Shown here piece by piece: positions 33,937 to 48,533 of a stretch of 64,000 nucleotides of DNA. The DNA lies in assembly GCF_000143415.4 (NCBI RefSeq), contig NW_003314267.1:3848446-3912445 (forward strand). The letters run 5' to 3'. Under the pieces are notes generated by a model that was not told the DNA's origin, made no database searches, and saw nothing but the letters and a program-made list of their open reading frames with translations. The translations under genes were made by a program, and so were the position numbers. How positions within the stretch are numbered: position 1 is the first letter of the stretch; every line of letters begins with the position of its first letter. Source of the DNA: Selaginella moellendorffii (Eukaryota; Plantae; Lycopodiophyta).

Positions 33937-35811
33937 ATGAGGAATCTAGCAAGAGTAGATCACTACGCCTCTCTCGCGAGGGAGTGCAAGGATTTAGAAC
34001 AGGCCTGGGGGATTCACTCGTCGGTGGTAGCGGCCGGAGGAGCGATCCTTCGCGATCGTTACCTCTCCAATCTCCTGATCGAGATGTTTGGGCGGTGTGG
34101 CAGCATCGAGGACGCGCAGCGCGTCTTCAGCCGGATCGATCAGCCCAACATCTTCTCGTGGAATCTGATGCTCGGCGCTTATGCCCACGCCGGGGATGTG
34201 AAGAACGCCCAGCTCTTCTTCGATCGAATGCCCCAGAGGGACGTCGTCTCCTGGAATTCCCTTCTCGCAGCGTATGCCCGAGAGGGGCTCTTGGATCAAT
34301 GCTGGAAGATCTTCGAGCGAGCTCCACAGCGCAACGCGGTCTCGTGGGCATCGATCGTCTCGATGCTCGTCAAGAACAGGCGATTCCCAGAGGCAGTGGA
34401 TTGGTTCCTTCGGATGGACGTGGAGGGATTTAGGCCGAGTGGGCGATGCTTTGTGAGCCTGCTAGAGGCTTGCACAGCTCTTGGGGATCCAAAGCTTGGA
34501 GGATTGATCCACGAGGAAACCATCGCGAGTGGATTTGCCGCGAGGAATGTGGTGGTGGCGAGCGCTCTTATCAGAATGTATGGGGAGTTTGGGAATTTGT
34601 ATCACGCAGAGGCAGTGTTTTGGAGAATGGAGGACGTGAATTTGGTGGCTATGACTTCCATGGTTATAGCTTATGCCCAATCCGGGCATATTGACGAGGC
34701 CAAGAATTTGTTCGCAAAGATCAAGAAGCCGGATGTTATCGCTTGGACGTCTATGATCACTGCGTATGGTGACGAGGGCGATATAAACGGAGCTAAGAAA
34801 ATCTTTGATAAGATGCTCGTAAAGAATGTAGTGTCGTGGAACGCTCTTGTAACAGCATATGCCCAGAACGGGTATCTTGTTCAAGCAAGACAACTTTTTG
34901 ATCAAATGGCTTTTCGAGATAGCACAACTTGGTTTCTAATGCTCACAACTTACACCAAGATCTTGCTTTTAGCGGAGGCTTTTGATATCTTTGCACAAAT
35001 GCCGAAGGAGAACTTAATAGCCTGGAACTCTCTTCTTGCTGCATATGCCCAAGCCGGGCATGCAGAATCTGCAATTGGGTTTTTCAAGCTTATGGTACTT
35101 GAGGGAATTTCTTGCAACGAAGTTACATTTGTGATCGTTCTTGATGCCTGTGCTAGCATTCCAGATCTGAAACTCGGAAAAGCTCTTGACGAGGTGGTGT
35201 TGGGCTGTGGGCTTGAGTCAAATGCTACCATTGGGACCAGTTTGATCGATATGTATAAACGATGCGGGAGCTTAGCGGGTGCTCGCAAGGCCTTTGCCAG
35301 AGTTTCCAAGCCCGACGTTATATGCTGGACGTCTCTCATGCTTGCGTATGCCCAAGCCGGGCATACCAAAGAGCCACTGGAGCTCTTCTGGGCGATGTGT
35401 AACGATGGTGTCGGACCAAACGAAGTAACGCTAGCGGGGGTTTTGTATGCGTGTTGTCACTCTGGAAAGCTGGAGGAGAGCAAGGCTTACTTTTCCTCGA
35501 TCGAGCAGGACTTTGGCTTGATCCACACGGTGGATCACTTCGTTTGCTTGGTTGATATGCTAGGAAGATCTGGAAGGCTGGACGACGCCGAGGAGATGGT
35601 TAGAGCTGTGGGTTTGGAGTCGGAGATGGTGGCTTGGGTGGCACTGCTTGCTGCTTGCAAGCTTCATGGCGATGGCGAGAGAGCTCGCCGGATCGCTGAA
35701 AGCGTGTTTAGGATGGAGACGAAGGAAGAATCGCCATATCTTTTGCTTGCAAACGTTTGCTCTGATCAAGGGCAACGTATGGCTTTGCAGAAACTCCCTG
35801 TATCTTCCTGA
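33937..35811 (+). CDS. Intronless PLS-class PPR-E protein (no DYW)
   Basis: PPR array; HFVCLVDMLGRSG; E-domain WVALLAACKLHGD...YLLLANV, then stop. Confidence 0.92.
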   Translation: MRNLARVDHYASLARECKDLEQAWGIHSSVVAAGGAILRDRYLSNLLIEMFGRCGSIEDAQRVFSRIDQPNIFSWNLMLGAYAHAGDVKNAQLFFDRMPQRDVVSWNSLLAAYAREGLLDQCWKIFERAPQRNAVSWASIVSMLVKNRRFPEAVDWFLRMDVEGFRPSGRCFVSLLEACTALGDPKLGGLIHEETIASGFAARNVVVASALIRMYGEFGNLYHAEAVFWRMEDVNLVAMTSMVIAYAQSGHIDEAKNLFAKIKKPDVIAWTSMITAYGDEGDINGAKKIFDKMLVKNVVSWNALVTAYAQNGYLVQARQLFDQMAFRDSTTWFLMLTTYTKILLLAEAFDIFAQMPKENLIAWNSLLAAYAQAGHAESAIGFFKLMVLEGISCNEVTFVIVLDACASIPDLKLGKALDEVVLGCGLESNATIGTSLIDMYKRCGSLAGARKAFARVSKPDVICWTSLMLAYAQAGHTKEPLELFWAMCNDGVGPNEVTLAGVLYACCHSGKLEESKAYFSSIEQDFGLIHTVDHFVCLVDMLGRSGRLDDAEEMVRAVGLESEMVAWVALLAACKLHGDGERARRIAESVFRMETKEESPYLLLANVCSDQGQRMALQKLPVSS

Positions 35812-35956
35812 TTGTATGATCTGGATGAATCATTGGGAATGTAGTACAAGCAAAAGAATTTTATTCTTCAACTTTCTTATCAACAACAAAAGGGGGACGA
35901 TGAACAAAAACCATCGATACAGAACGATCTCATTCTCACTCCTTTTTTCAAGATGA

Positions 35957-36442
35957 TCAAGCACCTGGAGCAGCCTCTGGAACTCTAGATTGCAAATACC
36001 CCGTCACCTCGCGAGCCTTCTCGGTTACATGGCTAGCAGTGTCGGCAATCCTGTGCTTGGCAGCGTCGATTTGATCGGCTCCCACGGGATGCCTGCCGCG
36101 AGCGTAGTTGTAGAGCCAAGATACCACGGAGCAAAATCCCACAAACACGGCGCTGGCCGAGAGAAATCCGCCTGTAGCGAGCGCGATGACGATGCCAATG
36201 GGGACGAGAACCGGGCTAAGGAGGAGAAAAACCGGCGATGCGAGGAGCAGAGTTAAGACAGTTCCTCCCAGCGTGACGCCGCCGATGACGAGCGCCACCA
36301 CCACTCCAGTGATGATTGTCAAGAGCCCCAACACCTGCTTGGAATTGGGCGATCGCTCCTGGATCTTCTGCATCATGCCCCGGGCCTGCTCTTGCGCGCG
36401 GCCAGCGTGCTCGCGAGCTCGATCCGTCGCTCGATCCGCCAT
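35957..36442 (-). CDS. Oleosin (paralog of 26668-27141)
   Basis: Proline knot PVFLLLSPVLVP; near-identical C-terminus; likely start MADRAT at 36442. Confidence 0.92.
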   Translation of the reverse strand: MADRATDRAREHAGRAQEQARGMMQKIQERSPNSKQVLGLLTIITGVVVALVIGGVTLGGTVLTLLLASPVFLLLSPVLVPIGIVIALATGGFLSASAVFVGFCSVVSWLYNYARGRHPVGADQIDAAKHRIADTASHVTEKAREVTGYLQSRVPEAAPGA

Positions 36443-36544
36443 GGCAGCCCAAGTTATTTCTCCTCGCGGGCGTGAAAAACGAAACCGATCGATCGACTCG
36501 ACGATCCAACCGGAGCTCCAAGAAAAGAAACTTTGCTCCATTTC

Positions 36545-36570
36545 TTAAATACGAGCCTTGCATGCATGCA
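36545..36570 (-). promoter_or_regulatory. RY repeat CATGCATGCA plus TATA-like box of oleosin 2
   Basis: CATGCATGCA at 36561-36570; TATTTAA on minus at 36551-36545. Confidence 0.55.
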
Positions 36571-37051
36571 GTGCGAAGGGCGCGGCGACACTTGGTCCGC
36601 GCCATGCGGGGTTTGACTTGAGTTGACTGTCAGTCAGCGCCAGTCAACGGGCGAGTGATTCGAGCGTTATGCTCCAGATTCGCGCTCGATCCTGTCAGGA
36701 ATCAACGTCAGTTCTTCACCGCCCGTGTAAAACCGACCGGGTAAGGTAAAAACAAATGGAGAATGAAATGTTTGGAGAACTGGAGTGGTGGGTGGATAAT
36801 GCCAGGGGCCAAAAAATCATGCAAGGAAATCGCTCCCCTTTTATTTCTTTTTTGCCATTTTTGTCAAAATGTGGCAGTTTCTAAACGCGAGAATGAGCCA
36901 AATGGCCCAAGAAAATCTCCAAACAAATCTTTTTTAAGTTTTGAGAGCTTCTTGTTCTTGGCGAGAGCGCGAGAGAGAGCGAGCGCGAGAGAGCATCGCA
37001 AGAACAAGTCTTTCTCTTCATTCCTCTTCCTCTCGGATCGCGATTGTCGCC

Positions 37052-37576
37052 ATGGGCGATCACCACCAGGCCTCGAGAGCCGTGGACAAGACCAAGGATC
37101 AAGCCAAGGATCAGGCCGGGCGCATCCAAGAACACTCGCGCGGCCTGGTGGAGCGCGTCAAGGAGCACGCGCCCAGCTCCCAGCAGCTCATCGGGATCGC
37201 GACGCTGGCTCTTGGCGGCCTCACGCTGGCTGCCATGGGGGGCGCCATGATCCTGGCCACCATCGTCTTCCTCGTCATCGGCACTCCAATCTTCCTGCTC
37301 TTCAGCCCCATCCTCGTGCCGCTGGGAATTCTCGCCATCGTCGTCACCGGCGGGATCCTCTCCACCATCGCCTTCGTCGCCTCTTGCGTCGCGGCCGTCA
37401 CCTGGATCTACAAGTACGCGAAAGGGCGGCATCCGGTGGGCACCGATCAGATCGAAGCGGCGCGGCATCGCCTCATGGACACCGCCACACAGATGACCGA
37501 GAAGGCGCGCGAGTATGGATCCAATGTCACAGGCTACCTCCAGCAGAAATCCCAGGACGTCGCCCCAGGCGCGTGA
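37052..37576 (+). CDS. Oleosin, divergent from oleosin 2
   Basis: Proline knot PIFLLFSPILVP; C-terminal HPVGTDQIEAAR...DVAPGA. Confidence 0.92.
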   Translation: MGDHHQASRAVDKTKDQAKDQAGRIQEHSRGLVERVKEHAPSSQQLIGIATLALGGLTLAAMGGAMILATIVFLVIGTPIFLLFSPILVPLGILAIVVTGGILSTIAFVASCVAAVTWIYKYAKGRHPVGTDQIEAARHRLMDTATQMTEKAREYGSNVTGYLQQKSQDVAPGA

Positions 37577-37744
37577 TCTTATCGAAGAAGGTATTGGAAG
37601 ATTTCTTGTCTACAAGTCGTTGGTCTCGCTTTGTTCTTGGAGGTATCCATCCTTCGTGTTCTTCGTGTTCTTGAGGAGCACGAAGGATCTCTTTGATTCC
37701 TGGAATAAATGCCTTGCTTTTCCCCTTTCAGCTGATAGAAATTT

Positions 37745-37759
37745 TAGGGTTTAGGGTTT
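37745..37759. promoter_or_regulatory. Double telo-box upstream of SLD5
   Basis: TAGGGTTTAGGGTTT about 30 nt before the ATG. Confidence 0.5.
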
Positions 37760-37785
37760 CTTTGTGAGAGGGAAATATTTTGGCT

Positions 37786-38788
37786 ATGGCGGACGGGGAG
37801 GAAGGCGCCGAGGACTGGACCGATCCCTCGATCGCGTCTTCCGCGGAGGTCAGCGATGCCGGATTGCTGCAGCGCGCCTGGCGCAACGAGAAGCTCTCGC
37901 CTGAGCTTCTGCCGTTCCAGGGCGAGCTCGTGGAGCGCGTCAAGGAGCAGATTCTTCTCGAGGTATCATCCTTTGGTACTACATTCTCGATCTCCAGCCT
38001 TTGAATCTTCGCTAGGAGGAAAATCTCGCGGCTTTTGTCGAAGAATCTTGTGACGAGCTTACTGTGTCGCTCTACCGGATGGATTTGGACCGAACGCTCT
38101 TTATGCTGCGATCTTATTTGCGAGCACGGCTACTCAAGGTTCGCATTTCTGCTTTGCCTTTTCTTTGTTTCCATAGAATCGTTCCTCGGATTAGTTTAGT
38201 TGGTGTTTTTTTTTTTTCTTTTCATCTGATGTTGGAATCGTTTGTTACCAGATTGAGAAGTTTGCTCTCCATATACTGACTGTACCGGAGATTTGGGAGA
38301 GGTTGTCGAGCCAAGAACAAGACTATGCTCAGAGGTACGCGAGAAAACCCTTACTGTTTGTGACGACTCGATAATTATCTCCAGGTTTGCCGACACGCTG
38401 CAAGCTCATTTTGATTCTTCTGTCCTGAGTAAGCTCCCGGAAGGATACAAGTCGATGCTAAAACAGGCAAACTCGAGTAACGAAAACGATATGAGTAAGC
38501 TGTGTGCTTTTCATTCTTATCTTGAAGCTAACGGCGACTTTACATAGTTGTTGAGCCTCCTCTCGACAGTTTTGTATTCTGCAAATGCCGGAGACCTATA
38601 AGTGCGTTTCAACTTGATGACAAGTAAGTTCCGGGTTTCATCATTTACATTCGCGTGTCGGGTTTAATGAACGAGTAAAATGCTCCAGGGGCGAAAGTAT
38701 AGTGGATATGGAGAATGGGGACTTGTACATCTTCAACTACAAGCCAATCAAGCGGCTCTTGGAGACGGACAGGATAGAGCTCTTCTAG
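37786..38788 (+). CDS. SLD5: DNA replication GINS complex subunit SLD5, multi-exon
   Basis: LLQRAWRNEKLSPELLPF, LYRMDLDRTLFMLRSYLRARLLKIEKF, EPPLDSFVFC, GDLYIFNYKPIK. Confidence 0.92.
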
Positions 38789-40121
38789 AAAAAAGTTGCT
38801 GTTTCAAACGTTGCCGTCCAAGAGCAACAAGAAAGAAAAATTGAGTTGGAATCGAGCCCTTCGTGCACGGACAAAGACAAGCCCCACCGCAGGTTCGGCC
38901 TTTCCTATTCTTCTTTTCATTCTCTAGTCTTAGACGATCAGCACAGCAGTTGCTTTTTCGGAGTCCAATGAAAAGAATGGGGGCCCCTTGAGACCCGCTG
39001 ACCATGGTTTCATTTTCAGATTCAAAGTAATGTACAAGCCAAGACGCTAAGTTAAAGAGACTTTGAGCGTATATGAGGTACCTTTCAGTGTGTCCATGTC
39101 TGTCTTTTATTTCGCGGCTTCCAAGACGAAGCTCGAATCAAACAAGGGAGGGGACAAGCTGTTTGATCGTGCCGCTCCCGATTAGATTAGCAGGAGGCGC
39201 CCGCAAGCTCGGCCTAAATTCCCGGTTTGACTCTACACTCTTCAAGAGGTAATGTTTGAATCATCCTCTCTGATATATCTTCTCTTTTTACAAGCACAGT
39301 GAAGGAGAAAAGATGTAACTTGTTCCACTCGGTTGGGTGTCATGGCGCTAGCTGGCCGGTTCCATATCCTGTTCGCAGCTCCCGAAAGGAGAGAAAGAGA
39401 GGTAAGCATGCTCTTTTTGCTCGATGCGGTCACGGAAGGAGCAGAGTCTTTGGCAGTGCAAGCTCCATCTCTGGGGCTTTCACGGGTGGCATGCGCGCTT
39501 TTGCCAGGCGATAGAGAACCAGGTGGACGGGGGAAATGATATCTCATTCGATTCCAGCGTCCCAGCGATCCAGCTTCCCTCGGTGACCGTGACAACAGGT
39601 CGATCCTCCACAGTATGCTGTGCCTGGCACAGTGAAGATTCATCCAAGCGCGTTTTGGGAATATCTCTCGCTTTATTCACTCACTCGACTAGTTGCTCTT
39701 CCGGGTGGAGTGGAGATATTTGGCCAAAGTTCTTCATAGCTTCTCCTTTATGCTTGAATTGGCGATGGATGTTTCTTACAGTGGATGTGCTTTTGGTCCA
39801 CAGCACCATTACAAACTGTCGTTGTTCTTGGAATGTCACATTGTAGAAAATAAAATGGAAAAATTAAAAATCTCTTGTTTTGTTTGTTCTTGATGTTTTC
39901 TTTGTTTATTACCCTTTGTTTTTATGTTTAGTATTTTCACCTCACATTGTCTTGCCTCCCCAAAAACAGCCTGTGCTGGGAGGAGGAGGTGAAAGAAGAA
40001 AGGTTGAGTAGCAAAACACACACACTCTTCTCTTCACTACTCTAGTACACATATCACACTGCTGATGATTGCTTGGATTGGTTCTCATTTGATTTTTTTC
40101 TCTCCAGCATTGCTGCTCCAG

Positions 40122-43420
<3,299 letters not shown>

Positions 43421-43667
43421 CCACCACGGTTCTTACGATGTAATTCCATCCTGGAAAGAGCTCAAAATCAGAAACACAGGATGAAAAGGAAAAACAAGAC
43501 CAACCTTGCCGCGTAGTAACTCCATCCAAGAGAGAATCAAACGTTGTTTTGAGCGAAGAACATCGCAAAGAAACTAACACAGATGGACGAGAAAGATACA
43601 AAACTTGATGGAGAAAAACAAGTACTATACAAAGCTTTCCAAGTTATTTCCACTCACGAATGCTTAG

Positions 43668-44414
43668 TTAGAAGATGATGAGGAGCGCGAAGGCCATATA
43701 GATGATCAAACAAGCATACGCAATGAGACGCTTCTGCTCCTCCGAGTGAGGAGACAAAACCACGAGCAAGCTCGTACACGACCACGTACACCAAAGAACT
43801 ATCAACCCGGCCATGACGTAGATGGGAGCACCCTGTCGAGGAACTAGAAGAGAAAGAGCCGAGAAGAGGATCATCGGGAGCAAACTATACCCGACGAGGC
43901 TAAAGCTTCGATAGAGATCTAGCGTCCCACGAGTTCCCGATAAAAGATTAGCGACAGTGTAGAGAAACCCAGAAGCCAGAGATCCCCACCCGAGGATCAC
44001 TCCAAAGTGGAGCTTCCCAGCCAGGAGCTGGCAAAGCCCAAAGAGAATGCAGAACAAAAACGGCCCCGAGAGATCGGCATCCTCGTGGAGGTTAAGGTTC
44101 CTCCTGAAAGGAATGAGCACCGACTTGGTCTTCTGCAAGATCTGCGATGGATTGATCCCCAGCTCCTCCAGGAGAGGAGGCTCGTCCTCAAACGCGGCGC
44201 CAAAGCCTGTGGAGGCGGAGGAGGAGGAGGAGTATCCCGGCTGCTGGAGAGGCGCCGATCCGCCATACCCTGAGTTGCCGATGTCGAAGGAGAGGAAGGG
44301 CAAACCTGGCGTCGGAGGCATCGGCCGCATTGGCGCTTGCGGCTGCTGCTGGGGCACGAAGGGGACTTGCTGGTGCTGCTGCGGTGGAATCCCTGGCGCC
44401 CTTCTCTGCGCCAT
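43668..44414 (-). CDS. YIP1: YIP1-family ER/Golgi membrane protein, intronless
   Basis: FEDEPPLLEELGIN, DADLSGP, GKLHFG, LVGYSLLP, multiple TM helices. Confidence 0.9.
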   Translation of the reverse strand: MAQRRAPGIPPQQHQQVPFVPQQQPQAPMRPMPPTPGLPFLSFDIGNSGYGGSAPLQQPGYSSSSSASTGFGAAFEDEPPLLEELGINPSQILQKTKSVLIPFRRNLNLHEDADLSGPFLFCILFGLCQLLAGKLHFGVILGWGSLASGFLYTVANLLSGTRGTLDLYRSFSLVGYSLLPMILFSALSLLVPRQGAPIYVMAGLIVLWCTWSCTSLLVVLSPHSEEQKRLIAYACLIIYMAFALLIIF

Positions 44415-44836
44415 CGCTGCTCAAGAACCCTAAATCTATAGCCCTAAAAAGAATATTAGGTTTACCTTAAAGGTGGTTTATAATAACATCATGCATGGAA
44501 TCACAACTTTATCTTAGTGTCTATGGTAGTGCTGAGTTCCAATCACGAGAAATCACGGGCAATTAGGGCTTAGCAAATGATGATGCGATCATGACGCGGG
44601 CAAAGCTCCAGATTGCCTGGTCAATTCCGGTCTGTCTTGGTTTCTTTCTTGGCCTTTAGTCCACCTTCGTGCCTCTCACGAGGAGCATTCCTTCCTGTGG
44701 TGTCCTATTTGAGCGCTTGTTCCAGCGCCACCAAGCCCAAATCACCACTTGGGTACTCCCCAGCCGTCTAGATCTCACCTGGGTTCCAATCCAGATCACA
44801 AATCTCCTCGCCTCCTCCGAGATCAAAGCGCTGCGA

Positions 44837-46349
44837 ATGGCGGGTGCTAGCAAGAAGCCTCATGTTCTAGCGTTCCCATTCCCAATCCCGGGCCACACGA
44901 ATTCGCTCATGCACTTCTGCCGTCGCCTCGCGGCCTGCGATGTCACCATCACCTACGCCTCCAATCCGAGCAACATGAAGCTCATGCACCAGACGCGCGA
45001 TCTGATTGCAGACCCCCACGCCAAGAGCAACGTCCGCATCGTCGAGGTCTCGGACGATCCAGGTAACAGCATGCGCAGCAGCAACGATCTCGCCAAGGGG
45101 GATCCCAGCGAGAACCTCGAGAAGCCAATCGTGGCGGTACGCGCCATGGCAGCCTCTGTGCGAGAGCTTATCCGGAAGCTCCAGGAGGACGGGAACCCCG
45201 TTTGCTGCATGATCACGGACACCTTCAACGGATTCACCCAGGATCTGGCGGACGAATTCGGCATCCCCAGGGCGGTGTTCTGGACCTCCAATGCGATCAG
45301 CGACATCTATCACCTCTTCCTGCCGGAGCTCATGTCCAAAGGATTCGTGCCAGTCGCGAGTAAGTTCTCCCCCCCCCTGTTTTTAGGGTTCTAAGGAAAC
45401 TCTTCTTCTTCCAGCCAGGAAAACGGACGAGCTCATCACATTCCTGCCTGGCTGCCCGCCAATGCCCGCCACGGATCTGCCGCTCTCCTTCTACTACGAT
45501 CACCCAATCCTGGGCATGGTCTGCGACGGCGCGTCGCGGTTCGCGGAGGCGAGATTCGCTCTGTGCAACACCTACGAGGAGCTGGAGCCACACGCAGTGG
45601 CGACGCTGCGCAGCGAGATGAAATCCAGCTACTTCCCCGTCGGCCCGTGCCTGTCCCCGGCATTCTTCGCGGGGGAATCCACCGCGGTGGGGCGATCCAG
45701 CGAGCTCCTGTCTCCCGAGGATCTGGCGTGCCTGGAGTGGCTCGACACACAGAAGGAATCCTCCGTGATCTACGTCTCCTTCGGCAGCGTGGCCACCATG
45801 TCCGTGGAGCAATTCCAGGAGCTCGCCAGGGGCCTGGAGCGCAGCAACCAGCCATTCGTACTGGTGCTGCGCAAGACCCTCGTCGCGGATCCATCGGTTC
45901 ACGATTTCTTCGAGGGATTGAAGCAGCGGATTGGCAAGCGCGGGATCGTGATCTCGTGGGCGCCACAAATGCACGTCTTGCTCCACCCGGCGGTGGGAGG
46001 ATTCCTGACGCACTGCGGATGGAACTCGACCGTGGAGGGGATCTGCGCGGGCGTGCCGATGCTCGCCTGGCCTTGCATGGCGGAGCAAAACGTGAACTGC
46101 AAGGAGCTTGTGGAGCACTGGAAGCTGGCGATCCCGGTCCAGGATGATCGGGATAAAAGCTCCACGGTCTCGGTCTCGAGCGAGAGGATCGCAGATCTAG
46201 TGGTGAGGCTGATGAGAGGCGACGAGGGTCGCGAGATGCGAGCCCGGGCTCGGGAATTCCGCGAGGCTACCGCGGCTGCCATAGCCGAGGGAGGATCCTC
46301 GGACAGGAACCTCAAGGCCTTTGCCCAAGCTCTGAGAGATTTCGTGTGA
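44837..46349 (+). CDS. UDP-glycosyltransferase (GT1), intron 45360-45414
   Basis: KKPHVLAFPFPIPGH; PSPG box WAPQMHVLLHPAVGGFLTHCGWNSTVEGICAGVPMLAWPCMAEQ; intact frame. Confidence 0.92.
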
Positions 46350-47469
46350 TCTCTTGGAGGCTAACAACCATTATGTAAAGTCAATATTTCGAAGATTAGA
46401 ATCAATCAATGGGTCGTGATTCATGGGCCTACATTTCTGCAAGTCCTTACAGACAAGAGAATCTGACACACTCCACTCATGAACTTTTGGTTTGAGAAAC
46501 TAAAAAAGTTTAAGAATCAACATTTCTAGAACCAAATATACTAGCATATTCTAAGCTCAAAAAGTCTTTCACGTTGCCGTCACCTTTTTTCATTAGGGTT
46601 TAACTTTCTTCAAGTTTCAAATGCACCGCTCACCGTCCTCACCAAATCTTCCCCGGCCACATGTTTTTTCATTCTTACAGCCTAGCATTTTTCCTCGACG
46701 TCCTGCCCAAGCGCATCAAAGGGTTTAGTATAATTTTGATTGATTCTGTCTGGAAATCTTGCAAGCAGCGCACAACAAAAGGAACCCCGATTCTTCGCTG
46801 GAAGCAAGAGGTCTCGTTACAACACATACCCAAGACACCTGATTGTGATGCTCCCGTCACTCTCCGCCTCCATGTGAGAATGATCTGTTAATTCTGTTTA
46901 TCTCCTCTGGGACGGGATGATTCTCCGGGAAAGGATCTCAGAAAGGCGTGCCGCAATTGCCAACTCCAAGAATGTGAAAATCCCTCTCTTCAAGAGGGAT
47001 TGCACTGCCACCACGCACCCTCTGAGCTTTGAAATGAATAAAAATCTTAATGTAATTCCAATCAAAGTCATCAGTTCAGTCAGGCTGTCGTGGCAATGAA
47101 ATTATTTTTTCCATTCAAAAAAGGTATAGCATGACAGTCATCGGTCAAATGACGGACAAACGGATGAGGGTGCAAAAAGGTCAGTAATGAAGTGAAGATT
47201 TCTTTTGCTCAAACTTTTCACAGCCCTAAAACAGCCTACTTTGAAACCTGTGTGATGGAGCAGCAATTGCACGCAGATGTCATTGCAGGGCCCCTCGGGG
47301 AGTCCGTACTTGTGCGCAGCTTTGCAACAAATCACTCCAAGATGCAAAAGACGATGCCACTGGTGAAAACATAAGCAGTTGATGGTATGCAGCTCCTTTG
47401 CAGGCCATGCCTGTCCCATTTAAATCCAAGATGAGCTATTGATTTAAAGATCTGGCAGCAAAAAATTAC

Positions 47470-47728
47470 CTGCCTTGGTCCACAATGTTGGCCATGCGCC
47501 AACAAAGCACACACCGACTGTGGTATAAAAGATTGTGAGAAGAAAATAAATATGGCTCGATCAACTAAAAGACTTACAAGAGGGGCAATCCTCTGTGCAG
47601 GAGGCCAGAATTCGGGGGAGCTCCGGGTCCGTAATTACCTGGTTGAGGTTGGGATAAGCAGCGGGACGGCCTTCGTTGGTGAATCCCTTCTGCTGCTTGC
47701 TGCGTGTAAGTGTATAAGTGAAGGCCAT
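47470..47728 (-). pseudogene. PLAC8/PCR-like pseudogene fragment (exons 1-2)
   Basis: Degenerate copy of 61976-62430 (GFTNEG, CTEDCPSC, VGRMANIVDQG-like) with frameshifting deletions. Confidence 0.75.
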
Positions 47729-47924
47729 GGTGATGTTGTGCTTGATAAGGAATGATCGATCGATCAATCTGTTGAGAGTCGGAAGGAGAGAGAGGGAAGG
47801 CAATCTGGTCACAAAAGACACTTGAGTCTTTCTTATGGACACAATAGTTCTCAGGCCACTTCCACCGTCTTCCAAGCGACCAGCTTCCTTCAAGCCGATG
47901 CTTCGAGCTCCATGGATGCTCCCT

Positions 47925-48376
47925 TAACATGTTTTAATTTAATGCGCTGTCACTAAGGAAGGGAGGGCTAACGAGCTTCTCGTCATTCAATCCGCTTCTC
48001 TCGCAGGTGTTTAGACGCAAACTTACACCCTTTGCCTTGGCAAAAGCAGCGAGACACTATCCTCTTGCCGGAGATTTAGCAGGAGAGCAGCGACACGGCA
48101 TGGTGCTTCATGCAGTCGCCAAGTGGTCGGGTGCATGTAAGTTCTAGGTCTTTGTTGCCTTTGCAATTCTTTTTCTGTTGTTTCTGAGCAATGGCTACTT
48201 CTCCAACACTTATGGGTAGCAGATTCCTGAGCCATTGCAGGTGGTGGAATTCGATGCTGGAGAGCATGAGCGCTGGGGTGGAGCGGAGAATGGAGCTGGT
48301 GGACAGATCGTGCAGTGGCATGGTGAGGGATGGAGCTGAGGAGGGAGCTTGGGCGCTTGGGAATTAGGTAGGCCAT
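47925..48376. repeat. Dispersed repeat, copy A (similar to 57217-57720)
   Basis: Colinear direct similarity (atgttttaatttaatg...ttgggcgcttgggaa); function unknown. Confidence 0.7.
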
Positions 48377-48460
48377 TAAAAATTATTTGGTATGGAAGGT
48401 CTTTCTCTTTTGTTACTTTAATCATGGCTACCAATTTATACTATTCCAAAAAAAAACCAA

Positions 48461-48533
48461 TTCCGTTTCCGGGAATTGAACCCGGGTCTCTCGGGTGAGA
48501 GCCGAGTATCCTGACCGACTAGACTACAACGGA
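48461..48533 (-). tRNA. trnE: tRNA-Glu(CTC)
   Basis: TCCGTTGTAGTCTAGTCGGTCAGGATACTCGGCTCTCACCCGAGAGACCCGGGTTCAATTCCCGGAAACGGAA; anticodon CTC; oligo-T Pol III terminator immediately downstream. Confidence 0.93.

Noticed and set aside
39000-39900. Short ORFs and splice-like signals between SLD5 and the subtilase
   Set aside because: Could not assemble a frame or recognise a domain
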